Assembly: GCA_004022145.1 (NCBI GenBank)
Contig: RCNU01000002.1
From: Paecilomyces variotii
Taxonomy: Eukaryota
Strand: one strand, 5' to 3'
Length of the DNA: 64,000 nucleotides
The notes under the pieces are model-generated. The model was not told where the DNA came from and did not search any database. It saw only the letters and a list, made by a program, of their open reading frames with translations. Each line of letters starts with the position of its first letter. The stretch's first letter is position 1. The position numbers and the translations under genes were made by a program. This document shows positions 50,197 to 62,722 of the stretch, one piece after another.

Positions 50197-51472
50197 AAAG
50201 GGTTGTGGTGTAAATAAACTCTCCGGGAATGAGGGCCGACAAGTATACTATTAAAACGCCGCCACGCCTCCGGAAGCGTCAACAAAAGAATGACAGGAAT
50301 GACAGGCCCCTTGCCTCGGTTATAACTGTCAAAGTGCTGTCATATCCACACGTGGGAGAGACAGCCAGGTAAACGGCTTTACCCCTTGCATTGTTCATCT
50401 CGAGTAAATTTACCTCCGATGTCATTCTTGGCGGGGATGTGACACGTTCAAATAACCGTTTCTTGTCAAGAACAAGAACTATGGTTCATAGAAAACAAGA
50501 ACTGGTTATGAGTTGTGAGTTATTTCAGCGTTTTGTGCCTTGCCTCGACCGTGATGATCTCCATGCCTGAAGGTGTATAATACCATAGTCAGTTACTCAA
50601 AGACTAACTAGTTATAGAATTCGAAGCAAAGACAAAGGGATCGACGGAGACTATTTCCTGATAAGAGCCATACTTGCTGTAAGTCAATTCACATAAAGTT
50701 AACTTCACTTCTAAGTTCTTGGTCGCTAAATGCTCCCAAGAAAAGAGCAATCCTGGTCAGATCAGACTTTCCTGCTCACTTCCCCCTCGCATCATCTCTC
50801 GTCTCGTCCTCTCGTCTCCCCTCTTCTCTTCTCTGGGCTGAGCTGAGCTGACAAGGCTGAAGATAGCTTCTCCTCGCGCCAGGATAACCAGGGAGGCCAA
50901 GAAAGGACGAATCAGCGCAATGGCACACTAGTTCCAAGCATCGTCGCTCATGGCGTCGTTTCTGCACGAGCAGCCAATGATGGCGCATAATCGCGCTCTT
51001 CACAACCCCCTCGGCGGCTATCGAGGGGATTAGGAGTTGATCGATTGATTGATTGATTCCTGGATGCTTCAACGGGCGCGTAGCACAGCCCAGGCCGTCT
51101 GTGATCGGCTCTATGACCTCCTGATCTCTTTCTCTTGTTTCTGACTTCATCTCTGTGCACCTGTCTTATTTTTTTAAAGTCCTCCCTTGCAGCCAGTGGA
51201 TTCAAAGATACCCCCCCTTCTGCGTTGAGTTTCTGTCGCATGCGAGCGTCGGTCGTTGACCCCTCGGCGACTCCGTTTACCCCTCATTCGCGCTGCTGGT
51301 TGCTATCATCGTCAATCAGTTGGACCGGCCACCACATCCCCAGCGCTTGAAGCCCCTTGACTGTGTCTGATCGGATCGTCTGGATTTCTAAAAATAAACC
51401 ATCTCCTGTGTCAATTTGCTGTGGCCGGTGTCGTGACAGGAACGCGGTATCGAATCGATTCAATCCGGCGAC

Positions 51473-54400
51473 ATGAGTGTCACCGGCGGTCATCATGGCA
51501 GACCGGACGACGAATTGTTCCTGAGTAGCTCCTCGGGCCCTGGGACTCCCCGTGTTGAGCCTCTACGCATCAGCAAGAGAGGTGATTCTTCGTCTCCAAG
51601 CTCAGCAGCAGCTCAGCAGCCTGGTGCGACGACCTCGTACTCGTCTAGCCCCCTCCCGTACCCTGACGATCGACCACAGCCGCAGCAGATGCGTCCAAGC
51701 AGCTCCAGTCCGCAGTTACCATACCCGGACGGTGGACGAGCTGGCACTCCTCATTCTTCAGAAGTCAGGCCGGCGAATTACCCAGTGGCTCTGCGGCCGC
51801 ACGATGGACGGGAGTCCAAAACGCCTACATTGGCGGAAAGACGGGGAACCGTGCCAAAACCATTGCCAGACTCCCCAGGACCTGATATTCCCGAGAAAGA
51901 GGACTTATTCCAGAGAAACCCGCAGCGGGCGCCGGTCGCCCCGGGCAGTGGCGCACAACCAGATGTAAACGCATATCCGGCTTATACTCAGCACTACTTC
52001 CCGCCTCCTGGAGCGTCTGGAAATGCTCAGGGAGGTCTGCGTCCCACCAATCCTAGCTCTATCAATAGACTCGGTTCAACAGCGTCAATTTCGACGACAC
52101 GCGCACAGCGTGGTTCTCCGCCCCCGCCGGAGACGCCAGTTGTCGGACCGGAGCAGCAGCCCGGAAACGATATCGAAGCACGTTATGCAGCTGCTGGGAT
52201 CGCTGGTACCTCGACTCTGACAAGTCTTCAAGCTCACAATGCGGCTGCACAGAGACGAGCTGAACAGTATGCAGGCCAGCAGCAGAGGATGCCGCAGGCG
52301 GTTCAGCGGCCATGGACTCCTACTGAGCTGCCGGGCAGTCAACCCCATGGTCCTCCGACAGTTTATCAAGGCCCCAGCCAAGTGATCTCTCCTCACACCG
52401 TCTCTTCACCTCCTCCAGTCTCTCAGCCTACTCATCCAGTCCAAAATGGAGGAAGCTCGCAGCCAAGTAGGGTTCCTCCAAATGCCCTGGAACAGGACTT
52501 CCAGAGGATGAGTATCAGCCATTCGCCTCCGCCTGCTTACTCTAGTGTATCTGGTGCAAATGCAACTCAGGCATATCCAAACGACAAACAGAGGCCAGAG
52601 TCAGTGCAACCGGCACAGCCTGTAGGGCATCCTGCCTTGGCGTCTCCGGGACCTTCGGCCGCTGCATCCACGCCGGCGCCCTCTACGCTGAGCCATCCTG
52701 CATATGCCAATGATCCAAGACAGCAACAACCTGCAACATCACCTCAGCAGCAGAACGTCCAGAATGGACAACACGGGGTGCAGCAGACTCAAGCCAATGC
52801 GTCACCAGCGCCATCAGGAATTCCACCTGCATCGCCGCCTCCGTTGCCAGAAGGTTGGATCGCGCATCTGGATCAAAACTCTGGACAGTACTATTACATC
52901 CATCTTCCGACGCAGTCTACTCAATGGGAGTTCCCTAAGGGACCGACGCCCCTGAACTTGAACGACGCACCGCTGTCACCGGTTGGCAGTGTGTACGGTG
53001 GCCATGCGTTGACGTCTCCCGGCTTGTCAACGTTCGGCGGGAAGCCGCTGGCTTCACCGGGTATGCCGTTAACTCCTGGCTACGAAGCCAGTGTTATGAG
53101 CTTGAATTCGCCAGCTGGCGGTTTCACAGGGCCGCCACCGACGAGTGGCGTCGATTTGTACCGAATTGCTCCGACGAATGGTGTTTACTTTGGTCCATAT
53201 CTTCGATACACCAACATGGATCTGGAGCGAGGTCTCTGGCTGGGTTCCATTCTTCTGGTCACTGATGCCCCTCAGCCTCCTACCATCCATATCCACCAAA
53301 GTGTTGATCTCTCGCCTAACCCGCGGCAGCTGAAACCAGCTAAAATCGCCGTTCACCAGCGATGGGCCTTCTACAAGTACGAAGTCGACCTGAAGATGGA
53401 AGAGACTGGACCGGCAAAATGGACTTATGCCGTGACCTCCCACCTTGGTTGCACTCGGTACGAATTCTTGGTCGCAGGACGTCATGAGACGAATTGGCGG
53501 TTCATTGCAACTTCTGGGAATGACTTTGGGCTTCATGTTAATGCAAACGAAAGATCTCGCCTTGGTGGCATCAGCTTCATGTGGAAGGATATCATGCAGA
53601 AGCATGCGGAAATTGGGGGATTCCACGCGCAACTAGGCCTGGGTGGTCAGGTCTTCGCAGACAGGATATGGAAGGAATTGCCCTGTCTCAAGCAGTGGCT
53701 CGCAATGAGGGGTAAGGAAGCTAGAAAAAATGCGCCCTGGACCGCTGCCCACGAGGAAGATGTCTCACACGCCTACTTCCACTACTATACCAGCCACTTT
53801 GATCAACCATATTTGAGGGAAGCCTTTGCACAGATTCCTCATATTCTGCAGATTGACGATCACGACATGTAAGTATATCTTTGACGCGTCCGAAGGGTCT
53901 ATTGCGTTCCAACATTGTATTAACTTAACTCAGATTCGATGGCTTCGGGTCATACCCGGAATACATGCAATTTTCAAACATGTTCAAGAACATCGGACGG
54001 ATCTCCATTGAGATGTACCTCCTCTTCCAGCATCACACGACGCTTGAGATTCTGCGCAATGCCAGTGACGATACTGATCTCTTCACCATAACGGGGACTG
54101 GCTGGCATTTCATCAAGTATCTTGGCCCAGCAGTCGTCGTTGTCGGTCCGGATTGTCGGTCTGAAAGAAACCCGCATCAGGTCCTGGCAGGACCAACTTA
54201 CCAGGGGCTGTTCCCGAAGGTAGCGACGCTTCCGGCAAGTGTGCAGCACTGTATCTGGATGATTCCCGTACCTCTCATCTATCCTAGACTCGAGACTGTT
54301 GAGCAAGTCGCTCACACCTTTGCTACCGGAAAGAAGGCAGTAACCGGTGCCTATAATGTTCTGGGCAAGGTGACCAGCTCCGTTGCTGGGGTAGTGGGAG

Positions 54401-55151
54401 CAAAGGAAGCTGTTGGTTCTGGGTTCGAATCTATCAAGCGTGCTGTTGGAAAGACCGGCTTGATGGGCGGGATTTTGAATCCTTTCGGTGACGTTGAGTT
54501 CCTAGATGAGCTGAGGGACCAATGGACGCACGATTCTAAGGTATGATCAGACAGCACCCTTCTCTCTCTCTCTCTCTCTTTATGAATATTTACTTATATG
54601 TGCTGCAGGATCTCGAACGGACATATCTCATTCGGACTCTACAGGGCATCGCCAAGCAGAAAGGTATCCGCATGACTTTCGTCTCGGGGGCCGTCGGTAC
54701 ATGCGGTGCAGGAATAGTCCATGACCCGACGAGGCCGTCAGACCACAAAACCATGTATCAACTCATCTCTTCGTCCGTTGTTAATGTCCCGGCACCATCC
54801 TACATCATCAAAATGCTCCACAACAACAAACCCTTATACATCCCGGCGAACGGCCACCGTTCCACTCCCTCTGAACCCACCGACACCAAAGAGGACATGC
54901 TGGAGATCTTCAAGGTGGATGTCAACGGCCAGCCACGCGACCATCGCCGGCTCATGGGTCGCAGAAACTACGTAGCAATCGTGGCATATGACCCTGAGGT
55001 TGTGAATGCCACGTACGGTCCTACCGACATGGGCCGTGGAGGCGGAAAGCTCAGCCTTGCTGCGGACTTTATGGTTCAGGGAGATGGAGCGTACGCAAAC
55101 GTGGTCAAGTACGGACCTGTTGTTGTGCCTAGTCTGGAATTCGGCCGGTAA
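51473..55151 (+). CDS. Pro/Gln-rich WW-domain protein with a C-terminal PhoD-like metallophosphoesterase domain; two introns
   Basis: WW domain LPEGWIAHLDQNSGQYYYIHLPTQSTQWEFP. PhoD-like motifs GGQVFAD, QIDDHD(I)FDGFGSY, DCRSER, LRDQWTH and RMTFVSG. Confidence 0.85.
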
Positions 55152-55614
55152 TGAGGACCTCATCATATCATAGCGTACTTCCTTTTTTTTTCCAGCTAAC
55201 CCTTTTTTTCCCTACTTCATCCTGCATATCTATTTCCCCGATATACTGTTCTTTTTTCTTTTTCTTGGCATGTTTGGACTTTTAACAGGCTGGCCCTCCA
55301 TTCCGTCTCGGATATAATTCTTTTGTTTTCTTTCTTGAGGATACTTATGAATAGTATAAACATACTACTTTTCTCCATTCAAATCTTGGTATAGTTATTA
55401 TCAATTATTAGTTACTTAACTAGTACTCTTAACTAATACTTATCGGGTATAATAAGCAGCAAGCAACGACCACACCCATTATTATTCCATCCCATTAACC
55501 GTCCGATCTCCCAACCAACCAACGCCCAGGGCAAAAAAAGACATTCAGTAAATTAAAAAACGAAAATTAAGATTTGATGAATCAATGTATGCACATCCTC
55601 ATATCACATGACAA

Positions 55615-55696
55615 GACACTATGGCCGAGTGGTCTAAGGCGACAGATTAGAAATCTGTTCTCTTCGGAGGCGTCGGTTCAAATCCGACTGGTGTCG
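55615..55696 (+). tRNA. tRNA-Ser(AGA), intronless, with long variable arm
   Basis: Acceptor stem GACACTA/TGGTGTC plus discriminator G, D-arm TGGCCGAGTGG, anticodon arm ACAGA-TT-AGA-AA-TCTGT, variable arm CTC-TTCG-GAG, T-loop GGTTCAAATCC, and a downstream T run. Confidence 0.97.
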
Positions 55697-55704
55697 AATT
55701 TCCT

Positions 55705-55714
55705 TTTTTTTTTT
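55705..55714 (+). terminator. RNA polymerase III oligo(T) terminator of tRNA-Ser
   Basis: T run within 10 nt of the tRNA 3' end. Confidence 0.75.
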
Positions 55715-55807
55715 CCCGCCGCCTTACTCGATGTTAAACGGAAGAGCAAGAATTATTATTGTCCGAGTTTTTTTTCTGGCTTTATCCATATTGCTTGAAT
55801 TTTTTTT

Positions 55808-57188
55808 TTACTTTTCGTTTTCTTCCCATCCTCGAAATTTACTTGGGTCGCCGCCGGGGACACATAGGCCGAGACGATAGAAGTAGTCTCTGTGTGAAAG
55901 GAAGAGTTCCCATAGACGGTATCGCGCGGGGAGGAGGGACCATTTTGTTCTGAATTTGTCGGAGGATTCGTCTAGGTTCGACTCCGCGTCGATTAAGGAT
56001 AGGGGTGATTGCTGGATGGGGCTGATGTTTGATTTTGGATTTCGGCGTAAGAACGGTGAGAGACCGTCGATCACAGACGGTATTGTGGAGGAGGATAGTT
56101 CGGACTCGACGATACAATGCGGATCATGGTCCCCATTGCAATGTTGCAGGTCCGAGACTGAGGGAGGAAGGTCCATTTTTGAAATATAGATTTCACCAGC
56201 GTGCATCTTGTATCCCCATTCCTCGAGCGGGAGGAGAGGAACGGGATCATTGATATGCGTAACTCGACGGAATTGAATATCTTCGTCTCCGTCCCGGAGA
56301 ATCATATCGTTCATAGATATATAACGGCTTTTTGGTCCCCCACTGCTGCTCCCCGGTCCCGTGAGATTGAACTTTTCATCCAGAAATGACGCCAGCGCTT
56401 CGTTTCCGATTCTGGGCTCTCCAAACGTCGTCACCTGCGGGTTCCACCCACGAACCTGCATTTCCAGTCCTGCTAAGGCCGCTACCGCGCCGCCTAGGGA
56501 GTGTCCTACCAGCACGACCTTGTAATCAGGATACTGCGCCAGAGCATCCTTCACATGTGGAATGACAGTGGTACGTGCGGTCTTCCACGAGGTGAGGAAA
56601 CCGGCATGTACAGTGCAATTGGAGCATTTGTCGCGATCTCCTGCGTCATCCCCGTCGTCATCGTTGCCGTCGTCGGGGCCCGGATATGGGACGTACACCT
56701 GCGGAACGGCAGAGAGGTCGATGATAGTATTTGTAATCGAGTACGTGCCGCGAAAAGCGACAATGATCCGTTTCTCATGCGGTGGATGAGAGAGGGCGAT
56801 GTAGCCGCATGAGTCGGAGATGAGGGGACCGGTATTCCATGTCTGAAGAGAATAACTAACGTCAGTATTCGCATTCATTGAACTAGATTGACTCGAGTGA
56901 AAAAGACAAAGGAATATAGAATCTATTTAAGATCCATACCGTAACCAATTCAAATCCCTTAAACTCATCACATCGACTCAGACATTCGAATGGTTTCTGA
57001 ATACCCGTCCCTGTGACGCCGACGCAGTATGAGATATCCACGACCCGGGCCAGTTCATCTAGGGATTCGAAAAGACCAGGGCTCACTCGACGATCATTGT
57101 GCGGGTTTCCTGGAAGGACCGTACAGCCTACCAGTCCTGTGAGAGAAAAGAGGGAGTAGTAAAGACATGCGATGCCAAAGGCCTTCAT
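55808..57188 (-). CDS. Secreted class 3 lipase (alpha/beta hydrolase); intron 56939-56843
   Basis: Signal peptide MKAFGIACLYYSLFSLTGLVG, then IIVAFRGT, VHAGF, GHSLGG (GxSxG nucleophile elbow), TFGEPRIGN, RVTH.NDPVP.LP and HRDYF. Confidence 0.93.
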
Positions 57189-57557
57189 CGCGAACGGAGG
57201 TGAGTGGAGGAGGCCAGACGCATCCTGTCCAATTCCCTCGCTCGAGTGAGGTGCGGACGGGGAGATGATGAGAGATGAGGCCAAAAGCAGGGGGGAAAGA
57301 AGGGCGGTGATCTGGTGATGTTAACATGTTGGCGCGTGACGTTGAGAAACTCACGGACCACTGTAGAATCCGGGGTAAGTGGACCTCCGATAGGCTGGGG
57401 GAGTTAGTCAATACTATGGTATAGAAGCACTCCCATCATGATCAGACAGCTTACTTCTGAGCTATAATTGAGACCAGGCATTTCGTAGCTGCTCGCGATT
57501 TACAAGTCTTCATGAGAAAATACCCATCGTGGCGACTCGAACGATGCCAAGCTCTAC

Positions 57558-57562
<5 letters not shown>

Positions 57563-57587
<25 letters not shown>
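57563..57587. repeat. (AT)n microsatellite
   Basis: About 12 AT units between the lipase and ARPC1 genes. Confidence 0.9.
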
Positions 57588-57588
<1 letters not shown>

Positions 57589-57729
57589 CTTAATCAGGGG
57601 GCTGTCGGTCGAAAGTTCCAGGTTACTGTCTATTTCGTGATTAATAAAGAGGCTATATACAGTGAAAGGTCTACTGAAAGGCCTACTGTCAGAGTGCCGT
57701 TCCCAAAGTACATAGTCCAAGAATTACGC

Positions 57730-58989
57730 TTAGATGGACCAGATAACGACTCTGCCGTCCACGCCGCTCGCTGCAAAGTAAATTAGCAACATGATACAAC
57801 AAGAGAAACTTCCGGATACTTACTGCTGAACTTGCGGACAACTCCACCAGCCTCTTCATAGACACGGATCGTGCTGATGGTGTTCTGGTGGACCGTCTGG
57901 AGCTGAGTGTCATCCTGCGTCTGTCCCTTCAGGTCCATCTGACGGAACATGTTAAGGGCGGACTCCTCGCGGGCACCACCGGCGCCCGGTCTCTTCTTCG
58001 TCTCGACGGAACCAACAAGTTCCCAGCCGCTCTCGTTTCCACGGAAGCGGAAGGCCTCACAATCCTACGAGATTTGTTAATAACAACGAGAAAGGGCAGC
58101 TCTGAGGAAAGACTTACGTGACCAGCGGCGACGATCTCATTCTCGCCGTTCCAGATCAAGCTGTTGAATGGCAGAAGACGGGTGGTGACGTTCAACATCG
58201 CCCTGGGAGGCTGCTCGGGGGCGCTGGGATAGACAACGGTCACGCTGCTGTCGTGGGACACAAAGGCGAGAGCGTCACCGCTTGGGGAGAAGCTCACTCC
58301 GTGAACCCAGCCAGCAGAGTCATTCAGGAACTCTCCACAGATGGTGTTGAAGGGGAGACGCTCGCCCCATGCGCTGGGGGGAGGGCGCTCATCCACACCC
58401 TTAATGAAAGCGGAGAAGACTCGAGCGTGAGAGTCCGTCGAACCAGCAGCCAACAGAACCGAGTTCGGGTGCCATGCCAGCGTCGTGATGGTGCTGCGAA
58501 TTGGCTTCTTCAGGTGCTTGGAAACCCACCAGTCGTTCTCCTCCTCGAAGTAGCAGACGGCGATCACGCGAGCTCCCGACCCGACGGCGAACTTCTGCTC
58601 AGAGGGCGACCAGCGGACAAAGGTGGCGGCACGGTTGATACGGAGCAGCACCAGAGTAGGCTTCCAGCCCGTTGGGGTGCGTTCCCAGACGTAGGCGTTT
58701 CGGTCTATGGAACAGGTCGTGAGCAACACGTATCTCAATTGAGGATAGGCTTGACCGAGAACCTACCCTGGGAACAGGTGACAATTCGACCGCCGTTGGG
58801 AGCGATATCAACACTTGTCACCAGCTTTTCGTGACCCTTCAGCTCATCTTTCAGAGTGAACTTTCCGCCGGCTGCCTGGTATAGTTCCACGTTGTTGTCC
58901 CGCGCAACGGCCAGCGTCTGCTTGTCCGACGAGAAGGAATGGTCCGCAATTGGGTTGTGGAAGAGGTGGTGAACTTCGGGAGCCGCCAT
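57730..58989 (-). CDS. ARC40: Arp2/3 complex subunit 1 (ARPC1/Arc40/Sop2), WD40; three introns
   Basis: Motifs IVTCSQ|DRNAYVW, PTLVLLRINRAAT.V.WSP, FEEENDWWVSKH.KKPIRST, WGERLPF, ALNMFRQMD, TVHQNTI and SGVDGRVVIW. Confidence 0.96.
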
Positions 58990-59279
58990 GATGGATGTTA
59001 TATGTTTGCTGCGACAGGAGGAGCTCTCTACTGTCGCTGTCCTGAGATGTTGCTGGTTGCGATGGGATCAGGAGTTCGCGGGGCTCTGATGACGCCGGAA
59101 GGCCGTTTATGTCAGCATGTCACGTGCTTACATACACAGCTCCAAAATCAACGACGCCAACCGTCAATGGCAGGTCATCGCTCCCTTTTCTTCGCGTTGC
59201 GCACCACGGCAGGGACAGTTCCATCTGTTGCACTCTACATCTCTGCACAGTAGTGTATACCCTTCTTCAGGTCACAACA

Positions 59280-59977
59280 ATGGCTACGAAGTCCCTGTCT
59301 ACTCGCAATGGCCCACCGGGCAAGCCTCCCTCGGTCGGAGCTCCAAATCAAACGTCAGTTACGAACTTACGGCCCCGATGGTTATAACGAGCAGAATCAC
59401 TGACAGTGAAGCAGTCTATACGTACAAAACCTTCCAGACAAGTTGAGGAAACCAGACCTGCGTCTCTCCCTCTATACCCTTTTCTCCTCCTACGGTACCG
59501 TGCTCGACGTGGTTGCGATGAAGACGGCCAAGATGCGGGGACAGGCTCACATCGTGTTCCGAGACGTGCAGTCGAGTACGCAGGCCTTGCGGGCTCTTCA
59601 GGGATTTGATTTCTTTGGCAAGGAAATGGTACGTCCTCGTATTCGGAGAATTCAGCTTTCGTTATGCTGACCACCCGTGATTGCAGAAAATTGTCTATGC
59701 TAAGGGCAGTTCGAACGTAATCGCGAAGCTTCGAGGCACCTACGTCGGCCCGATCTCCCAGGCTCCTGCTGGTGTCTCTACTGATCTTCAAAAGTCCATC
59801 TTCAATGCGCCTCCTGGAACTGCAGTATCTGCGAAACCGGCTGAAGGAGCTAATGGAGAGCACCCACCGCAGGGTGTTAAGCGTCCCCGTGAGGAGGAGG
59901 AAGAGGAGAGCGAAGGAGAAGCTCCCATGGAGGAAGAAAGTGATGTGTCGATGGATGCGTCATCCGATGAGGACTAA
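59280..59977 (+). CDS. U2 snRNP B''/U1A-family RRM protein (U2B''-like); two introns
   Basis: RRM sequence LYTLFSSYGTVLDVVAMKTAKMRGQAHIVF...LQGFDFFGKEM|KIVYAKGSS. The DVVAMKT segment is closer to U2B'' than to U1A. Confidence 0.88.
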
Positions 59978-60080
59978 GCGTATCACCATTATCCTTATGT
60001 CTTCTGCTGGCAGGTGACGAGCGAGCATCTTTTTTTCTTGCCAGAGTCACTTGACCTGTCGTCGAAATGTACGCGTTTTT

Positions 60081-61078
60081 TCAAGGATGCTGCCTATTAT
60101 CACTGGCAAGGAGCTCACGTGGAAGATGAAGGTTGACGCAGTTGCCAACCAAGCCGAACCAGAGGAGCAGATATGACTCGGGATCCAAGTTTTTGCCGTC
60201 CGCTATCTGTGTGAGCGCGTCGGCCGTATTGCACGGGTGCACAAAATACGCCGGAGTACCCGTCTCCGGATGATCCTGGGAATCTGTGTGTGAGCTCATG
60301 GAAAAGGTTCGGGCGGAGGTGGCAAAGATATCGGGGGACTTTTTACCCCCATGCTGATGGCGCCCAGGACGCCTACTGCTTGAAGCTCATCCTTATATTG
60401 GTCGGGCACTAGATAAGTGTAGACAGCGTCGATGCCGCGGGGACCGGCAGGAGGGGCATGGCGCCAGGTGAAATACAGCACGGGGACTTGATACGTGGGC
60501 GAACGCACGATGCTGTACTCTATCTCGATGCGAGGCGCGCGATATGCGGGACGAATCAAGGCTTCCTACCATAAGTTATCAGATGTCGATCCTGACTGGG
60601 CTGGCTGGGGGGAGGGAAAGGAAAAGAAGAAAGGAAAGGGTTCTTGGCCCCCGCATGGTTTGTTTTTACGGACGTTATCATCCTCTTCCACCTGGTCCGT
60701 TGGCAGTTCGTCCTCAGCACGTTGCGGGTCAGCCTGATTTGAGGTGTCGATCGGGGCCAGGGCCTTTGATATCTTCAAAATGGACGATGCGTTATGCTAT
60801 AATTCCCCCGCACCCACCGGAGACGACATGGTCAATATAATGCAATAACTCCTTCGTCTATCCCGCTCTTGACATGCATGTAGATGTAGAAAGGCCATAC
60901 TCGCAGGGAAAAGCCAAGGAGATCTACTTACCTGGTACGGGCCATGATGCCGGTCCTGCCAACGAACCGACGTCCACCCCAGCACCTCCGGAGATCCGAA
61001 TGCATGGACTCGGCCAACGAAGACGCGGCAGGCAGTATCGAACTCGGCAGGCGTCAGAAACGGGAAATCCGACAACAT
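60081..61078 (-). CDS. ATG10: Autophagy E2-like conjugating enzyme Atg10; three introns
   Basis: Motifs EYSIVRSPTYQVPVLYF, AISMG|DHPETGTPAYFVHPCNT (catalytic HPC) and YLLLWFGLVG. Confidence 0.88.
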
Positions 61079-62661
61079 GACAGGGGGGTAAAGATAGTAG
61101 CTGTAGCTGTGGTAGTATCCCCCTTTCTTGCTGCGGCCACTATTAACTTTTTACTAAAAAGTTCAAACGGAGGAGTACGTAGTTAGTGTGTGTGCTTAAA
61201 CGAGGCGAAGCTAAGAAAGATTTACCTAGATATGGTACGTATGTAGCTTTAGTAACTAGCTTGTGTGGGTGGTTTGATAGGTAAAATAATAATAGGCCTG
61301 CAGTTTGAGGTAGGGGATTACGATAGATAGATTGAGGGGTCAATCGATAAGGTGTCGAGAAAAGTGCAGTTGAGATGTGGTTTTTTGTAGCGGACTCGTT
61401 GATTCTTTAATAATAATAATCTTGCACGTTTAGATCTAGTTCCAGGTGGTTAGTTCAAAAAAGTTCATGTCTCTGATAAATAATCACGACGATAACGAGA
61501 ATTAACTATTAGACTGTAGATAACTGGAAAGATACAACAAGACAGATAGATGTTCATATTTCGTATCATCCTGTCAGAATTATCGCAATTCGCGATCGGG
61601 ATATTTACCCCTCCCGATAACCAGTTAGAGCTTTCTTCGGGGGGGAAATGAGAGATGCAAGTCTCCGTGAGGGATGGTTCAATCCCGACCGATAATAGAA
61701 ACCGCAGGAAGAAAAGAAAGGTCGTGTCAATCACGGCATCGGAAAAAGAATGCACGGCTTACCTTGATTGATCTAGGCCAGCAAGAAGCTAAGTCAAGCT
61801 AAGCTCGAAACCTCCAGAGCACAGACTGATTGGCGAATTCGGATAGTCTGATCGACAGGCAGCTAGATGTTGTTGCTTGAGACTGGACGCATCGAGGCCA
61901 TCGGTATGTTGGCGGGAGCGTGTTTGGGCGGGGCTGGAGGGGAAGAACTTAGAAGAAAGGGAGGGAGAGAGAGAGAGAGAGAGAAAAAGAGATGGAGCCC
62001 GCTTGGCGGAGGATGATCAGCGCGGCTCTACCTAAATTCATTCATTGAGCGGTTAAAACAGAGTGATATTATTATTTTTATTATCATGCTTTCTGGTTCC
62101 CCGTGAAGGATGATGAACTCGAACTGCTGTTCACAATTGTTCCATTGATCTGCTGGAGAGAAAGAGTATTTTGGTCAATTAGGATGCCGGAGCCTGGAGG
62201 ATGGCGATAGATACCCACTGTGGGATCGACATAGCTTGTTGTGCTTCTGTGCTGCTGATAGGACGAGGAGGAGAGACTATCTCTTGTCATGTAGAGTACA
62301 TCCATGTGCGCGATGTGCTGTGCTGCACTGTGCTGCACCATGCTGCAATGATAAGTATAGTACACCGAGTGCATTGAGGTAGATAGGATGTATCACTAGT
62401 TATCATCAGACTGGACGAACTGGGTGCAGCTGCAGACGCACGAGTTAGCTGGATACCATCAATGCTTGATAGGTGGCTCGACAACAGCTATCTAGAGGAG
62501 ACTAGACTGCTTGGGAACTGAGTATCCCAGCTGGATCAGCTCGAGCTAAAGCTCAAGCTGGATTGCTAAGATAGTCAAACAACACTCTCCCTGTCTTGAG
62601 TAGAAGACTCTTAATCAGATCAACCTATCTACCCGCCGCAAGCGTCACCGCTCACGCTGCC

Positions 62662-62722
62662 TCCATCCATCCATCCCATCCCATCCCATCCTATCTTATC
62701 CTATCCCATCCGATCCCAACCC
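62662..62722. repeat. Degenerate (ATCC/ATCCC/ATCCT)n low-complexity tract
   Basis: tccatccatccatcccatcccatcccatcctatcttatcctatcccatcc seen directly. Confidence 0.7.

Noticed and set aside
50147-50200. 27-bp repeat as a CRISPR-like array or transposon end
   Set aside because: Only two adjacent copies, no spacers, no cas or transposase gene, and a eukaryotic context.
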